Source: Clostridiales bacterium GWD2_32_19 (GTDB lineage Bacteria; Bacillota; Clostridia; Lachnospirales; UBA12420). From it: DNA of 64,000 nt. Where the stretch lies: assembly GCA_001795385.1 (NCBI GenBank), contig MGOU01000007.1, positions 673 through 64,672 of the forward strand, in the 5' to 3' direction. The notes under the pieces were generated by a model that worked only from the letters and a program-made list of their open reading frames with translations, ran no database searches and was not told the DNA's origin. The position numbers were made by a program, and so were the translations under genes. This document shows positions 29,996 through 40,577 of the stretch, piece after piece; position 1 is the stretch's first letter; every line of letters begins with the position of its first letter.

Positions 29996-31033
29996 GTGGA
30001 GGATAAATATCATGTTTTACTGAGAAAGCAGATAAAAAAAGTACTTGGTGATGAAAAGAAATATGATTCACTTCCTGCTGAAGTTAAAACAATTCTGGAC
30101 TTAGTAAATAAAACATATTTTGAAAATGAAAAGGAAAAGCAACTCTTAGGAAGAAGCATTGACATAAGTTCGAGAGAGTATAAAGAAAACATAGAAAAGA
30201 TAAATAAGATGCAAGCCCAAATCATAAGTAACGAAAAAATGGCAGGAATTGGACAGCTCTCGGCTGGTATAGCGCATGAAATAAATAATCCATTAAGCTT
30301 TGTACTGGGCAACATGAATATGATAAAAAAATATTTTGTTAAGATAAAAGTATTATATGATTTAAATAAAAAATTAATAGAGAGTTATGATGAATGTTTT
30401 TGTGATGAGCTAAAAGCCCAAATTTTTGAAATCTCCATGTATATAAAAGAAAATGATATTGAGTATATAGCAGGGGATTTAGATGATATAACAAATGATG
30501 GGAAGGAAGGCATAGACAGGATTGCAAAAATAGTAAAAAGCTTACTTAATTTTGCTAGAAAGGGCTACGAAGAAGAGTTTACAAGGTATGACATAAATGG
30601 TGGAATAAGAGATACTTTAACAATTGCAAATAATTCTATAAAATACTGTGCAAAGGTGAATGAAGAATTTACAGATGTACCTTGCGTTCTAGCTATAGCA
30701 GGTCAAATAAATCAAGTTATACTCAATTTGATAATGAACGCCACACATGCAATAAAGAGTAAAGGTATACTGGGGAACATTACTGTACATACACACAATG
30801 ATGAAAATTTTGTGTACTGTGAGATAACAGATGACGGTTGTGGAATTTCTGAAAAACATATGAATAAAATATTTGATCCGTTTTTTACTACAAAACCAGT
30901 TGGTGAAGGAACTGGACTTGGACTAAGTATTGCACATGATATAATAGTAAGTAAGCATAATGGCAATATCGAAGTTAGGAGTATAGTGGGAGAGGGAACA
31001 AAATTCATTATAACTTTACCTATAGATAGGTAG
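29996..31033 (+). CDS. soluble histidine kinase
   Basis: AHEINNP, NLIMNATHA, DDGCG, FFTTKPVGEGTGLGL; no TM segment. Confidence 0.95.
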   Translation: MEDKYHVLLRKQIKKVLGDEKKYDSLPAEVKTILDLVNKTYFENEKEKQLLGRSIDISSREYKENIEKINKMQAQIISNEKMAGIGQLSAGIAHEINNPLSFVLGNMNMIKKYFVKIKVLYDLNKKLIESYDECFCDELKAQIFEISMYIKENDIEYIAGDLDDITNDGKEGIDRIAKIVKSLLNFARKGYEEEFTRYDINGGIRDTLTIANNSIKYCAKVNEEFTDVPCVLAIAGQINQVILNLIMNATHAIKSKGILGNITVHTHNDENFVYCEITDDGCGISEKHMNKIFDPFFTTKPVGEGTGLGLSIAHDIIVSKHNGNIEVRSIVGEGTKFIITLPIDR

Positions 31034-31060
31034 GGAAGTACTAAAATAAGGAGTGGCAAT

Positions 31061-32233
31061 ATGAAAAAAATACTTTTTGTTGATGATGAAGAGCAAATAC
31101 TCAAAACAATTATCCGACTTTTTAGAACAACGGATTATGATTTGTATACAGCAATGGATGGTGAAAAAGCACTTGAAGTTTTGGCAAGAGAAGATATAGA
31201 TTTGATAATTAGTGATATGAGAATGCCTTATATGGATGGATATGAATTGTTGTATAAGGTAAAGACATTATATCCAAAGATAGCAAGAATAATTTTAAGT
31301 GGGTATGCTGACGAAAAAATAATATTCAAGGCAATTCAAAAAAATATAGCAAAAATGTATATATTTAAACCTTGGGAAGATGAAACATTGTTAAATATTG
31401 TAAATCAAGTATTTGCAGTAGAAGAAATAATCAACGATGAAAGGGTTATGACATATATAAACAATATAGAAGAACTTCCCATCATTAAAGCTAATTATCG
31501 TAAAATAGTTTCACTTATTCAAGAAGATGCAGACATAAAGGACATAACTAATGAAATAGAAATAGATCATCAGATAGTTCTAAAAATACTACATGTGGCG
31601 AATTCAGCCTATTGTGGAGTGGAAACGAAGTCAGTAGATGATGCGATTTCTTACCTAGGACTTCATGATGTCAGTAATATAGTAATATCAACTTCTGTGA
31701 TAGATGCAATAAGTTACAATGGAATAGCTGAATCAGATATGGATATTTTATGGAGACATGCATTTATAACAAACCAACTCGTAAATTTCATATATGACAA
31801 TATTTTGCGTAAAAAGATTAATCAAGTTCACAATACTGCAGGTTTGTTACATGATGTAGGAAGAGTATTTTTGTTTAATAGTTTTAAAGAGAAATACGCT
31901 GAAGTATACCAAAAATCTTTAAAAGAAGCACTTGATATTGGTGAGGTTGAAAGAGACATGTTAGGAATTACTCATGAAGAGGTAGGAGGGTATCTATTAA
32001 AGAGATGGGATTTACCACATTCTATAGTTGAGGCAGCCTTCTTTCATCACAGACCAATGGACGATAGAATAATAGATAAAGAGCTAGTTTGTGTTGTTCA
32101 TCTTGCTGATTATTATTCTTGGAAGGTGACTAATGAAAAAAATGCAACTAAACTTATTGAAGAGGTTTTTGAATATCTAAATATTAATAAAAGTATGTTT
32201 GAAGAGGAACTTGGAAAAATAAAGATAGATTAA
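31061..32233 (+). CDS. response regulator, REC + HDOD
   Basis: FVDDE, SDMRMP, KPW; ANSAY, LWRHA, GLLHDVG, HEEVGGYL..W.LP. Confidence 0.92.
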   Translation: MKKILFVDDEEQILKTIIRLFRTTDYDLYTAMDGEKALEVLAREDIDLIISDMRMPYMDGYELLYKVKTLYPKIARIILSGYADEKIIFKAIQKNIAKMYIFKPWEDETLLNIVNQVFAVEEIINDERVMTYINNIEELPIIKANYRKIVSLIQEDADIKDITNEIEIDHQIVLKILHVANSAYCGVETKSVDDAISYLGLHDVSNIVISTSVIDAISYNGIAESDMDILWRHAFITNQLVNFIYDNILRKKINQVHNTAGLLHDVGRVFLFNSFKEKYAEVYQKSLKEALDIGEVERDMLGITHEEVGGYLLKRWDLPHSIVEAAFFHHRPMDDRIIDKELVCVVHLADYYSWKVTNEKNATKLIEEVFEYLNINKSMFEEELGKIKID

Positions 32234-32388
32234 TTGTTTCTGAAATATAATTATATAGTAGCTAAGACATTGGAGACTAAACCCGATGTCTCTTTTTATT
32301 TCCATAAATTCTACAATGAAATAACATGGACTTTGTTGTATAATGTAATAAAGATGTAATATTAATTATAGCAAAGGGGACAAGGCTT

Positions 32389-34674
32389 ATGAGTATGGAA
32401 AATTCTAAAATACCTCTACTTAAGATAAAGGAAATTGTTTTATTTCCTAATATGCTTATACAGTTTGATGCAGTAAAACCGGAATCTATAAATATTATTA
32501 ATACCGCGCTCGCAAATAATGGAGCACTGTTTGTAATTAACGAAGATGAGGAAAATAAGGATTCGGGTACCATTGCAAAGATTAAAGAAGTTAGGAAATT
32601 AAAAAACGAAACGCTAAGTGCAGTTATCGAAGGTATAAGTAGAGGAGACCTTGTTTCTACCCATAAGCATTCTCAAGTACTATATGCAGAGATAAACGAA
32701 AAAAATCCGGTATTAATTAATTCTGAGGACAGGCAGAGAAGTTATAAAAATGAAATATTGAGTTTGCTCACACAATATACTAATTTAGTAAATAAAGTGC
32801 CTAAGGAGCTTTTTGATATAATTGAAAACATGAAAGACTTGGGAAAGGTAGTTGATACACTTGCAATAAATTTACCTATAACTGATTTGTATAAAAACAA
32901 GATACTAAAGCAGAATGAAGTGGATAAAAGAGTGGTTGAATTAATTAAAATAATGAATAAAGAAATAAGTGCTTTGAACCTACAATGTGAAATAAATCAA
33001 AAAGTTAAAGATGATATAAAAAATGTAGAAAGGGTATTTTTACTAAAAAAACAAATGGAGAAAATAAAAGAAGAGTTGGGTATAGAATCTGAGGTAGATG
33101 AGGAAGTAGAAGAATATCGAAACATATTATCACAAACTAACATTGACAAGCCTATAAAAGATAGGATTATCAAGGAACTAAAAAAACTAGAAAAAATGAA
33201 AAAAGATTATGCAGAGAGAGGTATCGTAAAAGGATATATAGATACTTTGCTTGAGTTACCATGTAGTGATGAAAAAAGACACGATCCAAGTATACATTAC
33301 ATAACTAAGAAACTTGAAGAAGGGCACTTTGGACTAGATGAGATAAAGGAAAGAGTTATTGAATATGTAGCAACAAATAGATATGCGGAAAAATCGGATA
33401 ATATGATTTTATGTTTAGTAGGCCCGCCAGGAGTTGGGAAAACGTCAATAGCGATAAGCATTGCAAAAAGTCTTCAAAAACGATACGTTCGAATACCACT
33501 TGGGGGAATGAAGGACGAGTCTGAGCTTAGGGGTCACAGGAGAACATATGTAGGGGCCATGCCAGGCAAAATAATAAGTGCATTCATAGAAGCAGGGGAA
33601 GGTGCTTTTGTAGCAATATTTGATGAAATAGATAAGGTGAGTAATAGCTTTAAAGGTGATCCATACTCAGTACTTTTAGAAGTATTCGATTATGAACAGA
33701 ACAGTAAATTTAAAGATTATTATATAGATGTCGAATATGATGTATCAAATGCTTTATTTATATGCACAGCCAATTCTCTTGAAAATATACCAGCACCACT
33801 TATTGATAGAATGGAGATTGTTTATCTAGAAGGGTATTCAGATTCGGAAAAGCTTGAGATAGTCAAGAAACATCTGATTGTAAACCAAAATATAAAATAC
33901 AATATAAAGAATGATAAAGTCTTAATTAGTGATAATGCTATTATTAATATAATAAATGAATATACGAGAGAAGCGGGTATTAGGGATCTTACAAGAGAAA
34001 TAGATAAAATATATAGAAAAGCAATAAAAAAACTATTTACGGATAAACAAAATAATGTTAGAATAACAAGTAGTAACCTATTTAAATATTTAGGAGAGCC
34101 ACATTATAAAATGCAAAAAGGTGTGTGCACTAAGATTGGTGAAACAATTGGACTTGCGTGGACTGCATATGGTGGTAAGATATTAAAAATTCAGGTGGAT
34201 ATCCTAGAAGGAAGTGGACAGTTTAGATTTACAGGTAAAATAGGACAAGTAATGAATGAGTCAGCTGTAATAGCACATACATATTTAAGGTTAAATGCAG
34301 AGAAACTGGGAATAGATAAAGATTTTAATAGAAAGGTAGATATGCATATTCATATACCAGAAGGATCAATTGCAAAGGATGGCCCATCAGCTGGAATAAC
34401 ACTTTTATGTGCGATGATATCTGCACTTAAAGGGGAAAAATTAAGCGATAAACTTGCCATGACAGGAGAAATGACTATAAAGGGCGATATAATACCTGTA
34501 GGAGGACTCAAAGAAAAAATAACATCAGCGATAAGAAATAATATAAAGAGAGTACTAATACCTGAAGAAAATAGAAGTGATATAGAAAAAATAATGAAGG
34601 AAACACATGGTAAAATAGAATATATATTTGTAAAAAGCGTTGAAGAGGCACTAGAGGTAGTTTTCGGAAAATGA
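32389..34674 (+). CDS. lon: Lon ATP-dependent protease (divergent)
   Basis: GPPGVGKT, RGHRRTYVGAMPG, DEIDK, KDGPSAG, GGLKEK. Confidence 0.92.
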   Translation: MSMENSKIPLLKIKEIVLFPNMLIQFDAVKPESINIINTALANNGALFVINEDEENKDSGTIAKIKEVRKLKNETLSAVIEGISRGDLVSTHKHSQVLYAEINEKNPVLINSEDRQRSYKNEILSLLTQYTNLVNKVPKELFDIIENMKDLGKVVDTLAINLPITDLYKNKILKQNEVDKRVVELIKIMNKEISALNLQCEINQKVKDDIKNVERVFLLKKQMEKIKEELGIESEVDEEVEEYRNILSQTNIDKPIKDRIIKELKKLEKMKKDYAERGIVKGYIDTLLELPCSDEKRHDPSIHYITKKLEEGHFGLDEIKERVIEYVATNRYAEKSDNMILCLVGPPGVGKTSIAISIAKSLQKRYVRIPLGGMKDESELRGHRRTYVGAMPGKIISAFIEAGEGAFVAIFDEIDKVSNSFKGDPYSVLLEVFDYEQNSKFKDYYIDVEYDVSNALFICTANSLENIPAPLIDRMEIVYLEGYSDSEKLEIVKKHLIVNQNIKYNIKNDKVLISDNAIINIINEYTREAGIRDLTREIDKIYRKAIKKLFTDKQNNVRITSSNLFKYLGEPHYKMQKGVCTKIGETIGLAWTAYGGKILKIQVDILEGSGQFRFTGKIGQVMNESAVIAHTYLRLNAEKLGIDKDFNRKVDMHIHIPEGSIAKDGPSAGITLLCAMISALKGEKLSDKLAMTGEMTIKGDIIPVGGLKEKITSAIRNNIKRVLIPEENRSDIEKIMKETHGKIEYIFVKSVEEALEVVFGK

Positions 34675-34679
34675 ATGTA

Positions 34680-34712
34680 AAAACCCCTATATGCTAGTAG
34701 ATAGGGGGATTT
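34680..34712 (+). terminator. hairpin terminator after lon
   Basis: aaaaccccctat...atagggggattt. Confidence 0.65.
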
Positions 34713-34792
34713 CATGAAAGTATTGTTTTTCAAGAAATGATGCGAATGAAGAACACATATCTTTTTACATTAACATTTTTGGAGGTGACACG

Positions 34793-36586
34793 ATGAATGA
34801 AAGATATGAGAATCTAGAAAACTTATACCTAAACCATAAAAGCACAGTAGGTAAGAATATTTCTAAAATAAATAAGAGAGTAATTATAGTAATAAGTATA
34901 GTGTTAATTGCAACAATTGTAGGATTTTCAATAAACACTGCAATTAAGTATATACCTAATTTTAATAGTATTTCTTTGTATGAAGCAGTTCCTACATTTG
35001 AACTAAATAAAATTGGAGTTGTAATTGAGGATAAGTACGCAAGCATAGATAATCCAATAACACTTGATAATACTGAGATATTAGTTCCAGTTGAGTTTAT
35101 AAAGAACAATATTGATAAGTATATTTTTTGGGATGAAAAAGAGAAGGTTCTGACCATTACTACTCAAGATAAAGTAATTAGAATGAAAAGTGAAGGGCTC
35201 ACATCTTTTGTAAACAACCAACCGGTAAGCCTTGATATACAAGTGAAAATGTTTGATGATGTACCATATATACCGATACTGGAATACGCAGATTTATATA
35301 ATATAAATGTAAAGTATATTGATGAAAGTAAACTGCTAGTGATTGATTATAAAAATCGAAAACATGAAATTGGAAGCATTAGTAAAAATACAACTTACAT
35401 AAGACAGGCAGCGACTATAAAAAGTCAATGGATAGATAAGCTAAGCAAAGGCGAAAAAGTGTATGTATATAAAGAATATAACAACTTCAAATATGTAAGA
35501 AGTGAAAAAGGATTTTTAGGATATGTAAGAAGTAGTGATATTAGTGATATTAATGAAGAACAAAGTGATAATAGTCTTCAAATTTTTAGTTCCAAAGTGG
35601 AAAAGTGGACACCAAAAAAAGGCAAGATAAGTATGCTTTGGAGGCAGGTATTCAAACCTGAAAATGTAGATGCATCTAAAATGGTAAAACAGGAAGGCGT
35701 AGAAGTTTTATCCCCAACTTGGTTTAACATAATAAATGAAAATGGAGATATGAAAAGTATAGCAAATAAGGAATATGTAAAGTGGGCACATGAAAATGGT
35801 TATGAAGTATGGCCACTAGTGGCGAATCCTTTTGCTAATAAGGAAATGACTCATATAGCTTTAATAAATACGAATACAAGAGAGAAAATAATACGACAGA
35901 TACTCTCATATGCGGCTTTGTATGATTTGGATGGAATAAACATTGATTTTGAAGGACTTAAACCTGAGAGTGGTGAATATTTCATACAATTTCTACGAGA
36001 GCTTGCACCTTATATGAGTGAGCAGGGGTTAGTACTGAGTGTAGATGTGTACATGCCCTCAATATGGACAACATTTTACAATAGGACGGAAATTGCCAAA
36101 ATAGCAGATTACATATGCGTAATGGCGTATGACGAGCATTGGTCGACTTCGCCAGTGAGTGGATCTGTTGCATCAGCTGATTGGATTGAGGAAGGGATAA
36201 TAAATACTTTAGTTGAAGTACCAAAAGAAAAAATAATAATGGGAGTCCCTTTTTATACAAGGCTTTGGACGGAAAAGGATGGGGTGCTTGTAGACAAACC
36301 AAAAGCGATGAATATGGAAAATGCTAAACAATTATTAAACGAAAATAAAGCGGCGATAACCTGGCTACCAGAAGACGGACAATATTATGGAGAATATACA
36401 GTAGATGGTTTAACTTATAAAATATGGCTTGAAGATGAAAAATCTATAGAAGAGAAGTTAAACATAGTAAATAAATATGAATTAGCAGGTGCAGCATTTT
36501 GGAAAGATGGTATGGAAAAGGATAGTATACGAGGAATAATTAAGGAAAAGTTATGGGTGACTGATAAAACCCAATATACTAAATAA
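34793..36586 (+). CDS. GH18 glycoside hydrolase with SH3 and N-terminal anchor (spore hydrolase YaaH-like)
   Basis: SPTWF, DGINIDFE, MAYDEHW, GVPFYTR, WLEDEKS, AGAAFW. Confidence 0.88.
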   Translation: MNERYENLENLYLNHKSTVGKNISKINKRVIIVISIVLIATIVGFSINTAIKYIPNFNSISLYEAVPTFELNKIGVVIEDKYASIDNPITLDNTEILVPVEFIKNNIDKYIFWDEKEKVLTITTQDKVIRMKSEGLTSFVNNQPVSLDIQVKMFDDVPYIPILEYADLYNINVKYIDESKLLVIDYKNRKHEIGSISKNTTYIRQAATIKSQWIDKLSKGEKVYVYKEYNNFKYVRSEKGFLGYVRSSDISDINEEQSDNSLQIFSSKVEKWTPKKGKISMLWRQVFKPENVDASKMVKQEGVEVLSPTWFNIINENGDMKSIANKEYVKWAHENGYEVWPLVANPFANKEMTHIALINTNTREKIIRQILSYAALYDLDGINIDFEGLKPESGEYFIQFLRELAPYMSEQGLVLSVDVYMPSIWTTFYNRTEIAKIADYICVMAYDEHWSTSPVSGSVASADWIEEGIINTLVEVPKEKIIMGVPFYTRLWTEKDGVLVDKPKAMNMENAKQLLNENKAAITWLPEDGQYYGEYTVDGLTYKIWLEDEKSIEEKLNIVNKYELAGAAFWKDGMEKDSIRGIIKEKLWVTDKTQYTK

Positions 36587-36620
36587 AAACTTTAAGCAAA
36601 TTTGCTTGAAGTTTTTATTT
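36581..36620 (+). terminator. intrinsic terminator
   Basis: aaataaaaactttaagcaaa / tttgcttgaagtttttattt. Confidence 0.75.
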
Positions 36621-36645
36621 AGTATATTAGGTTTGCTGTCGATAA
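36619..36645 (+). promoter_or_regulatory. sigma-28 (SigD/FliA) promoter
   Basis: TTAG-N15-GTCGATAA versus consensus TAAA-N15-GCCGATAA. Confidence 0.65.
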
Positions 36646-36680
36646 TATATAGGTAAGATATAATATGGGAGGTGAAATAT

Positions 36681-39600
36681 ATGGTATCTAATGTAGCAAG
36701 CATGCAAAATTTAAGTATGGAAATGGTTGATGTAAATGAAATGAGAGAGTTAGGTATGGAAGTAGATAATATAGTAAAGGCAGTAGTTACAGAAATAAAT
36801 GGAGATAAGATAAAGATAAAGTTTGAAAATGAAAATCTACCCGATCAAGAAATAAGTGCAAAAGAACTAAAAGTCTCAACTCTTGATATAAAGGTGGGAG
36901 ACAAAGTCTTTTTTGAAGTTAAAACAGTAAACAAAAATAAGGTAGAGCTAAAACCAATTAAAATAAAAACTGATGTAATAGATAATAGAAATACAATGCG
37001 TGTGGACATGCTGAAGTCAATGTTATCTAAAATTAATATTGATATAACCAAAGAAAGCATGCAAATTGCTGATGAAATTGATAAAAATGATATGGAAATT
37101 ACTCAAAAGACTTTTGCTCAAACACAAACTTTAAAAAACGATATAAGCAAAATAGTAAACAACATTACAAAGAATAAAATTGAAATATTAAGGAAAAATG
37201 AGATATCACTAGATAAAGTAACGATGGAAATATTAGTTGAAAATTTGAAAGAAGCGTATTCAGGTAAGGATATTGAGGTGAAAAATCTAGAGGTCAAAGT
37301 GGAGAAGTCATTTTATAATAAAATAAAAGTTGCTGAAGAAAGTACCACTGATATGAAGAATAATATAAAAACAATATTAGAAAATAATGACTTGCCAGAA
37401 ACAAAGGAAAATGTAAAATATATAAGAAATATTTTAAATCAATTATCAGAGGTTAAGGAAATAAAGCAAGCAGATATATTAGAGATAATTAAAAGAGACG
37501 ATAACATTACACTTGAGGGTCTATATAAAGCCAAATACACATCAGGGAGCCAGACTGCCAGCGGGTTAAAGAGGAAGGAAAAGATAGATGAAATCCTCAA
37601 TATTGATGCAGAAATTGCAAAAATACTTAATGCACAAAATATAGAAGCAAATAGCGATAACAAGGCACTTGCAAAGGCCTTTTACAATAATGGTATAGAC
37701 ATTATAGCTGATAATATAAAAGAATATAAAATTATAGAAAATTCGGTAAGAAATATTGATGAAGTAAAGGTTATAGATGAGGCGATAAGAAATATAAAAA
37801 CGGGGAGTAAAAATATTTATTTAGATGAAAATATTGAAAAATTAAATAATGAGAAGATGCAACAAAAACTAATGACTATAAAAGAAAGTATTGAAAATGT
37901 TGATATAAGTGATATAAAAAGGGTTATTGAAAAAAGGCAAACAATTAATATAAAGAATATAGTTAACGAAGGTAAGATATCTGAGAACACAATAACTAGT
38001 ATACTTAATAATCCACAGATAGATATAAAAGCACTAAAGGTTAAGCTACAGATGGAAGAAATAAGGCTGAAACTTACAGTTGAGGCGGCTATGAAGCTAA
38101 AAGATAAAGGAATAAATATAGAGACGGACCCAATAAAAAAAGTAGTAGATGAATTAAAAAGAATGGAAGAACAGGTAGATATAATTATAGGAGAACAAAA
38201 AATAACTGTAGATATAGGGAAAGCTGATACAATGAAAACCTTATATGAAAAAATTGATATATTAAAAACCAGAGACATGGATACATACGCAAATGCTATA
38301 AAAAATAAGATATTTTTAAATATAGAAAATCTATCAAATGAAATTCTAAATAATAGTAATAAAATGGAAAAAATGGTGGAAAATTCTAATAATTATGTTG
38401 ATAACTATGAAAAAAATGGAAAAGAAGCGGAAAATGGAAAAAGTATCCACAACATGGAGAAAATAATAAATTCTATGCTAAATGCATATGAAGAGGCAGA
38501 AACTAGGCCAAATATAAGGTATGGAGATAGCGTAAAGAAGATTGAAAATCAAATTGAGAACTTGCTTAAGAGTCAAAATATAGATGCTAGTGAAATAAAT
38601 GTAAAGTGTAGTAAGATTTTGATTAAAAATAATATGGAAGTGAATAACGAAAATATAGAGGCAATAAAAGTTTGTGAAAACAAGGTACAAGCCGTGACGA
38701 GAGGATTGCATCCAGTTATTTCATTAGACATGATAAGTCAAAATAAAAATCCAATAGAGATGCATTTAGATGAAGTTATCCAGTATATAGGGGATTTTAA
38801 CGGTAAGTATGGACTAGACACACAAGAAACTTTATATGATTCAATAGCGACCATGGAAGAGAAAAAAACAATAAATTTGGAACAGAAAGATGCACTAATT
38901 TCAATATACAAGGCTATGAATAAAATAAATAAAGCTGGAGATGTAGCTGTAGGACTGGCAATAAAAAAAGACATTTCTTTAACTATCAATAATCTCCTAG
39001 AAGCGACTAAATATATACAAACTACTAAAGTAAATGATGAGAATATAAATATGACGATTGATGATAATTTTGGAATTCTTTCTGAGATTAAAAATAATGA
39101 AAAAAGCATTATGGGTAAAATACAACGAATATTAGATGACGCTGATTTTGGATTTACAAAGGATAATAAAAACCTCATACAGGCTATGGAAAATGTCGAA
39201 TTGGATACAAACAATGAAAATATATATAAGGCGTATAATGCAAAAAGCATATTAAATGAACTTAAGAAGCTTGCCACTCCAGAAAAGCTACAACATATAA
39301 TTAGCAATAACTTAAATATAAATAATACTCCTATAGGCGAAATTGTTGAAAAATTGAAGGAAGCAACTGTTGAGAAAACGAGAGATTTTGGGTATAGTGA
39401 TGAAAAGATAAATAAATTTTTGAAAGATATAGAAGGCTTAGAGGGAACAAGTGAAAATGTTCTATACGCACTTAAAAAATATGATATAAAGTCAACAATA
39501 AACAATATAAATTTATTGAAAAAATTTGAGAAAGACTTTAATTTCTTATCAAAAGAGTATAAAGAAATCGACAATGTTATAAAAAATGAAAATTTAGAGA

Positions 39601-40190
39601 CAAAAACAATGTTTAGAGATAACTTAAATAATTTAAAAGATAAACTCTTAGGTAAAAGAAAAAATGATAATAGCATAGACAATCTAGAATCCATTAAACA
39701 AGAGTATTCAAGTAAAGAGGGCAAAAGTAATGATACTTTAATAAATAAAATAGAAAAAACGCAAGAAATCTTAAAGGCAGCTCAGAACATCCATAAACAA
39801 GATGAGTTTTATCAGATACCCATATATCTAGGAGATAGACTTACAAATTTAAATATATATATGTATAATGATAAAAATCAAAATCAAGATTCAGGCAGTA
39901 AAAACGAAAAAAATGTTTTAGTTTCCATGGATACAGAAACGCTTGGAGATGTAAGTATAGACATAAAAATAAAGGCAAGAGCTGTGGAGATAAAAATAAA
40001 TGCTGAAAATAAGCAAGACAGAGAGTTTGTAAGACAAAATCTTGGAGAGTTGCAAAGAATCATTCAAGAACTGGGATACAAAACCGATAAAATATCTTGG
40101 CAAAATCAAAAATTAACAAATCCTATATTTAATGAAATAAATAATGAAATAAGAAAATATAAAAATAGCAAATATGAAGAAACTGTTTAG
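36681..40190 (+). CDS. DUF6240-like protein with FliK-like C-terminal domain
   Basis: LQMEEIRLKLT.EAA and YEEAETRP...YGDS motifs; C-terminal YQIPI...TETLG.V; upstream of flagellin. Confidence 0.7.
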   Translation: MVSNVASMQNLSMEMVDVNEMRELGMEVDNIVKAVVTEINGDKIKIKFENENLPDQEISAKELKVSTLDIKVGDKVFFEVKTVNKNKVELKPIKIKTDVIDNRNTMRVDMLKSMLSKINIDITKESMQIADEIDKNDMEITQKTFAQTQTLKNDISKIVNNITKNKIEILRKNEISLDKVTMEILVENLKEAYSGKDIEVKNLEVKVEKSFYNKIKVAEESTTDMKNNIKTILENNDLPETKENVKYIRNILNQLSEVKEIKQADILEIIKRDDNITLEGLYKAKYTSGSQTASGLKRKEKIDEILNIDAEIAKILNAQNIEANSDNKALAKAFYNNGIDIIADNIKEYKIIENSVRNIDEVKVIDEAIRNIKTGSKNIYLDENIEKLNNEKMQQKLMTIKESIENVDISDIKRVIEKRQTINIKNIVNEGKISENTITSILNNPQIDIKALKVKLQMEEIRLKLTVEAAMKLKDKGINIETDPIKKVVDELKRMEEQVDIIIGEQKITVDIGKADTMKTLYEKIDILKTRDMDTYANAIKNKIFLNIENLSNEILNNSNKMEKMVENSNNYVDNYEKNGKEAENGKSIHNMEKIINSMLNAYEEAETRPNIRYGDSVKKIENQIENLLKSQNIDASEINVKCSKILIKNNMEVNNENIEAIKVCENKVQAVTRGLHPVISLDMISQNKNPIEMHLDEVIQYIGDFNGKYGLDTQETLYDSIATMEEKKTINLEQKDALISIYKAMNKINKAGDVAVGLAIKKDISLTINNLLEATKYIQTTKVNDENINMTIDDNFGILSEIKNNEKSIMGKIQRILDDADFGFTKDNKNLIQAMENVELDTNNENIYKAYNAKSILNELKKLATPEKLQHIISNNLNINNTPIGEIVEKLKEATVEKTRDFGYSDEKINKFLKDIEGLEGTSENVLYALKKYDIKSTINNINLLKKFEKDFNFLSKEYKEIDNVIKNENLETKTMFRDNLNNLKDKLLGKRKNDNSIDNLESIKQEYSSKEGKSNDTLINKIEKTQEILKAAQNIHKQDEFYQIPIYLGDRLTNLNIYMYNDKNQNQDSGSKNEKNVLVSMDTETLGDVSIDIKIKARAVEIKINAENKQDREFVRQNLGELQRIIQELGYKTDKISWQNQKLTNPIFNEINNEIRKYKNSKYEETV

Positions 40191-40209
40191 GGAATGTATA
40201 ATTAATTTC

Positions 40210-40252
40210 TTTGGGTTTAATTCCCCGTCGGCTTGCCGCGGGGAGATTCATT
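40210..40252. repeat. collapsed single copy of the palindromic element seen at 56774-56929
   Basis: tttgggtttaattccccgtcggcttgccgcggggagattcatt; first 31 nt identical to 56774-56804. Confidence 0.85.
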
Positions 40253-40330
40253 CTTGAAATATCTGTTTCGCTCAGGATGATAGAATGAGCAAAATCAAAC
40301 AATATCCATAACTGTTAGGAGTTGATTCTT

Positions 40331-40462
40331 ATGATGACAGAACAAGAAAAACCGATGGATAAAAAAAATACAGATGAAAAAATGTATGAATTAATAATAA
40401 GTCTAGTGAAGTTTATGGACACTGTGGATAAAAAAATAAAAAATGATATTAAGCAAACTTGA
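40331..40462 (+). CDS. candidate 43-aa small protein
   Basis: AGGAG 9 nt before ATG; MMTEQEKPMDKKNTDEKMYELIISLVKFMDTVDKKIKNDIKQT. Confidence 0.35.
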   Translation: MMTEQEKPMDKKNTDEKMYELIISLVKFMDTVDKKIKNDIKQT

Positions 40463-40476
40463 AAAATGGTCGATAA
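40450..40476 (+). promoter_or_regulatory. sigma-28 promoter of flagellin
   Basis: TAAG-N15-GTCGATAA. Confidence 0.75.
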
Positions 40477-40577
40477 ATAATTTAGAAAATAAAAACTTAT
40501 AAAATTGTGCGTTGTACGGTAAAAAGTTAAGTACAAACTTCTTACATTGTGCAATGCAATTAACCGGGGGTGCAAGT

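Noticed and set aside
40423-40431. Replication origin
   Set aside because: Single DnaA box, no cluster, no dnaA/dnaN, and no change in gene strand bias.
40512-40577. Extended flagellin N-terminus from TTG 40512
   Set aside because: The conserved MKINNN start with an RBS is at 40578.
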